DNA of 15,591 nucleotides from Opitutus sp. GAS368 (GTDB lineage: Bacteria > Verrucomicrobiota > Verrucomicrobiia > Opitutales > Opitutaceae). The notes under the pieces were generated by a model. It was not told the origin of the DNA. It made no database searches and worked only from the letters and a program-made list of their open reading frames with translations. The position numbers and the translations under genes were made by a program. Below are positions 14,564 through 15,591 of the stretch, in pieces. Within the stretch, counting starts at the first letter, position 1. Each line of letters begins with the position of its first letter. Location: NCBI GenBank assembly GCA_945861645.1, contig CAMAVZ010000035.1:1-15591 (forward strand). Reading direction: 5' to 3'.

Positions 14564-14952
14564 GATCCCATCAGCATAGAGAAAATTCGCCGATGGCGAG
14601 CTACTATGCGGTAGCCTAATTCCATGAGTAAGGCGGCGCCCGGTACCGATTCATAAATGGGGAGAAGGAAGCCGCGCCGACTCCGACCGAGCGCGATGGC
14701 GCGCAGCGCCGCGTAAGCCCCGGAATAGATCGAGCCATCGAGTTCGATCAGTTGCAGGGCTTCGTCGTAGGCAGCTGAGGGAATTTCAGGGAATTGGGCG
14801 CGGGCCTCCTGGGAAGGCACAACCGCGAGCCGCACCGCATAGGCCGTCTGCCAGCGCCGAGCCCATTGCTGGCAGAACTGGCAGTCGCCATCAAAGAGCA
14901 GGAGTGGGCGCTCGGTTGGTGGCATTGCGACGCGAAGACGAACAGTCGGCAT
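14560..14952 (-). CDS. DCC1-like (DUF393) thiol-disulfide oxidoreductase family protein
   Basis: LLFDGDCQFC (DxxCxxC), DGSIYSGAYA, GYRIVARHR. Its stop overlaps the next ATG (ATGA, 14560-14563). ATG 14952 is preferred; the ORF-track start is 14982. Confidence 0.88.
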   Translation of the reverse strand: MPTVRLRVAMPPTERPLLLFDGDCQFCQQWARRWQTAYAVRLAVVPSQEARAQFPEIPSAAYDEALQLIELDGSIYSGAYAALRAIALGRSRRGFLLPIYESVPGAALLMELGYRIVARHRRIFSMLMGS

Positions 14953-15090
14953 ACGATTAAGTTGTCGCGCGAGCCTCGGCATCGCAAGAGGGATTGAGCG
15001 GGTGCTCCGCCTGCTCCGAGCCGGCTAGGATTTACCACCTAAGCCCGTCAGGGGGAAATGCGCGAACGGGGGCTCACGATTGCCGGCGCT

Positions 15091-15591
15091 TTAGGGCAAC
15101 TCTTTGAGTGAGGCGCGAGCCGGGGCGAATTGTGGATCGAGCTTGAGCGCGGTTTCGTAGGCTTGGCGGGCTTGGGCGTGATCGCCTTGCTGGGCGAGAA
15201 TAAAGCCGATGCGCCAATGCACGGCGGCGTGGGGCGGGGCGTTTTCGGTGGGCTTCAGCTCAAGACATTGCCGGAGAGATTTTAGCCCGCGCTCAGGTTG
15301 TTCCCCGGTAATCGCCGCTATGCGGCCGATTTGGAAAAGGGCCGCATAGTCGTGGGGATCGGCCCGCAGCGCTTCGTCGTATTCTTGAAAAGCGAGGGCG
15401 TATTTTTTGTCGGCGAGATACACCGCGGCCATGGCTAGTCGTCCAGCCGCGGGGTCTTTTTGCTTAATCGTCACGGCTTGCTGTAAGGCTTGGTTTTTGC
15501 CACCGCCGACCATACTCGGAGCGAGGAGATAATAATTCATCAAGGCCGAGCGGGCCTCGATATTTTCGGGATTAAGGGCGACGGCTTTTTC
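15091..15591 (-). CDS. Tetratricopeptide-repeat protein, 5'-truncated by the window edge
   Basis: Frame open to base 15591 (EKAVALNPENIEARSALM...). TPR units 'YDEALRADPHDYAALFQIG', 'HWRIGFILAQQGDHAQARQAYETALKLDP'. Confidence 0.88.
   Translation of the reverse strand, partial: EKAVALNPENIEARSALMNYYLLAPSMVGGGKNQALQQAVTIKQKDPAAGRLAMAAVYLADKKYALAFQEYDEALRADPHDYAALFQIGRIAAITGEQPERGLKSLRQCLELKPTENAPPHAAVHWRIGFILAQQGDHAQARQAYETALKLDPQFAPARASLKELP

Noticed and set aside
1..15591. CRISPR arrays, IS elements, prophage or defence genes
   Set aside because: No regularly spaced repeats, and no transposase, integrase or nuclease ORFs; nearly all of the sequence is explained by housekeeping-type genes.

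Overview
Ordinary bacterial chromosome segment of moderately high GC. Gene content and sequence style suggest Verrucomicrobiota/Opitutaceae (inference). Left to right: a PilH/PilI/PilG (XapB/C/A)-like ABC ATPase-permease-TPR trio (+, first gene probably cut by the window edge); menA (+); a minus-strand run lptD - RsmB/NOP RNA m5C methyltransferase - scpA - 84-aa hypothetical - trxA ending in an intrinsic terminator; a divergent stand-alone glgB (+); and a second minus-strand run TPR protein (partial) - DCC-family thiol-disulfide protein - class I SAM methyltransferase - Rsm22/METTL17-like methyltransferase - exported hypothetical protein. No rRNA, tRNA, CRISPR array or mobile element is evident. 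Best leads: a bacterial Rsm22/METTL17 homolog keeping four candidate Fe-S cysteines, clustered with a DCC redox protein and a second methyltransferase; a cysteine-free LptD; an unannotated 41-aa membrane microprotein ORF (11058-11183, -); a 90-nt branched structured element behind glgB; and a 17-bp motif shared by two intergenic regions. None of these amounts to a proven new system.
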